A DNA stretch of 63,764 nt, the filler included, from Thelocarpon superellum (Eukaryota), in the NCBI GenBank assembly GCA_026025795.1. It is 8 parts of 8 records of this genome, joined end to end, with 100 filler letters (N's around TTAATTAATTAA, not from the genome) between each part and the next. Parts side by side here need not be neighbours in the genome. Positions count along the whole stretch, not along the records: positions 56,008 to 63,764 come from JAPEUG010000621.1; 7 more parts are not named here. One strand, 5' to 3'. Position numbers and translations under genes: made by a program. The notes under the pieces are model-generated. The model searched no databases and was not told the DNA's origin. It saw only the letters and a program-made list of their open reading frames with translations. Positions 61,415-63,764 of this stretch are shown in pieces (the first letter of the stretch is position 1; every line of letters starts with the position of its first letter).

Positions 61415-63764
61415 TGGTCACCGCCAGGATTTGGACAGCCACCGGTGATATATGGCGGAGACAGGGAATGGAGGAACAAGAAAGAATGTGCGGTGAGCCC
61501 GCTGCAAGGAAGCCCACGTCGAGTTGTCCCACTGGGTTGGGCCCGTCACAGATGAGGTGGAGGGTAGCTTTTGAGAGCTAAGTAGGTCGACACGCACGCC
61601 GCGTGCGAGGCTAGTGGTCCAGAGCCACGAGGTGGTGGCTCGCGGAAGCCGGAAGACAGGTCGCTAGCCGGTTGCTGGGCCTCGTCCCTGGCAGCGCCGT
61701 CGTAGTCAGATGCCGACGATTTCACCACTCGCCCGAGGGAGAGGAAGATTTGATGGATCGCGGAAAGGTTGGTGCCAGCGGGCGATGATTGACTTTGGAC
61801 GGTGGACAGCGCCGATGGCCTCTCGATATTGCTCACCGTCATCGTGGAGAAAAACGGACTGCCCCCATGTCACCGCTACAGCTGCCGGTGGTGGGGGGGG
61901 CCAGGGCGAGTGTACAGGGCGACGGGGAGGCGATGCCGCGCGTGGACGGTACGTGGGACTGGTACCGACGGGGCCGGCGCACGCACAGGCAGACGAGCAA
62001 GAGCACGAGCACGAGCGCGAGCACCGCAAGCCTACGCCGTCAGACGCACGAGCCGGCGGCGGACCCTGAGCGCTGCCCATGGGCCATGGCGGCGGCGTCT
62101 GAAGCTTGCCCACCATGGGACCGGACTCGAGCAGGCCATGCCGGTAGCTCGTGCGTGGATGGCAGGGATTGGAGCCCTGGGTCCGGCAGGGATGGCAGGG
62201 CGAGATTGGGAGGGGGGGAGGGGGGAAGGGGCCAAGCGATGGTGGTGTGCGCGAGGCTAAGGTGGGAGCTAGCTCGCCTGCACGGCGGATGGGAAAAGCC
62301 TAAAGCGCGCGAAGTTCAGCGAACCATTCCAGCGCTCTGTCTCGCGGCGCGCGGTGGCGGCGCTCCTCGTAATTTCCAAGTCGGATGGAGCAGGTGTCAT
62401 GGGTGCATGACGAACTGTGACCAGACCAAGTCGAGTGAGATTGACAGGCCCCATCCACCCTACGATCCGCCGCTTTGCTGTTCGTGCTGGGGCTTGTTTT
62501 CGGGCACGGGCACGGCCACGAGGGTTTCAGGCCGTCATGCAGTCGCGGGTCTGGCGTCCTGATCCAAGTCCTTTGCCCCGGCCACGGTCCGGACGTGGTC
62601 CTTGGTTGAGCGACGCACTGACCACCTCCAGGCACAGGCCCGCCTGCCGCGAACGAAACACTCGACGCGTGCTCGCTCGCTTCGTCGAATGTCATTCCAG
62701 CTAATCCACGAATGACGAGGGCATGGCAACAGAGCGAGTTAGGTCGACGGCGCGGCGAATGTGCCGGTCCTGGTCCCGGGACCACGGCCAGAGTGGACCC
62801 ACCGGACGTTGTTAGACATGCTACTTGGCCCAAAAGACACAAGCATCAAGTACCCCATTCGTCAGACGGCCAGGATGGCTGTCCCAGGCGTGGGGCGACG
62901 GGCTACGCGGTCGAGCCAGGAGGGGGAAATTCCCCGACTGCTTCCATGCCCTCTCAACCTACGAGACCTTCGTCGTTCGTGAGGAAAAGCGAAAAGATAT
63001 GCGCGGACGCGAGACTGGAGCAACGCGATCATGGTCCACGGATACAGGTCGCGCTCGGCAGCCGATGCAGCGTGGTTGCATGTTCCGCTCATACCTGTAA
63101 AGGGCCACCTTGGGAGGGGGAGGGGGAAGGGGCATGACTTCGTCATCATGACTTGGCCGCACGCCGTCACCGGCCGTTGGAGGCACGAGGACCGGCCGGA
63201 GGTGTCGTGGGTGGCAGGCTCGAGCAAGCGAGCAACGCGCCACGTTTTGATCGGCAAGGACGCCAACTGCTCGTGCCAATCTGCAGCCGACAGTGGATCG
63301 CACCTGGCCGTGCGGAGGCCACTCGCCGCAGTTCCGTCCACCTGTACGAGTAAGTAGGTGTTGGTCGCGGTGGGCTAACAAGTACAAGTACGAGTATCTC
63401 AACCTTGCGGCGACATGGCCGCTGTCGTTAGCCTGCTGTCGAAGTGGGCGGGCCGGATCCGCGGAGGGTCATGGCCTTGACGGGGGTTCAAAGTAGGGGT
63501 GGGCACGGCCAGTAGCATCTTCACCTTGATTGAACCATCCAGACGCTCGTCAACGTTGGTTGGGATGCATGAGCCGGGGGAGGGGGGGTGGGGGGACAAA
63601 GAGAGAGGAGAAGGGATGGGGCCACCTCGTGCGGCGCGCTGAGAGGGGGGTGACACCGTGCAATGGGGCGCGGTAGTGCTGCAGCCATGCATTATGCGCG
63701 TGCAGCATGCACGAAACGCATTGCTCGACTGATCATGTGTTGGCTCACCGTCGAGTGAGGGGCC

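Overview
Eukaryotic DNA from a GC-rich filamentous ascomycete (Pezizomycotina-type genes, short GT-AG introns with CTRAC branch sites). The window is not one locus. It holds eight unlinked contigs of about 7.8-8.0 kb, sorted by decreasing length and joined by an artificial 100-nt spacer (N44-TTAATTAATTAA-N44). Recognisable genes, most multi-exon and so fragmented in the ORF track: SDR, DHA1-type MFS, SAS10, TGL3-like patatin, phospholipase B, ADP/ATP carrier 3' end, GIS2/CNBP, PEX16, MARVEL protein, MET17 5' part, Hsp70-like protein, LSM1, TRP2, GH45/expansin-like protein, Mae1-type transporter, GPC1, a second patatin, cofactor-independent phosphoglycerate mutase, GT71 mannosyltransferase, a DUF3020 protein and a bZIP factor. 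Several orphan secreted proteins and probable pseudogenes lie between them. The most striking feature is the ~1-kb leader of the bZIP gene. It is in frame and stop-free for 237 codons without an in-frame ATG, and carries a start-stop uORF and an overlapping uORF. A further in-frame ORF upstream is separated from it by a single TGA-CGG. This is an ATF4/cpc-1-like translational-control layout on a non-Gcn4 bZIP. No rRNA, tRNA, CRISPR array or intact transposon was seen. Exon boundaries were read by eye and family assignments come from recalled motifs, not database searches.
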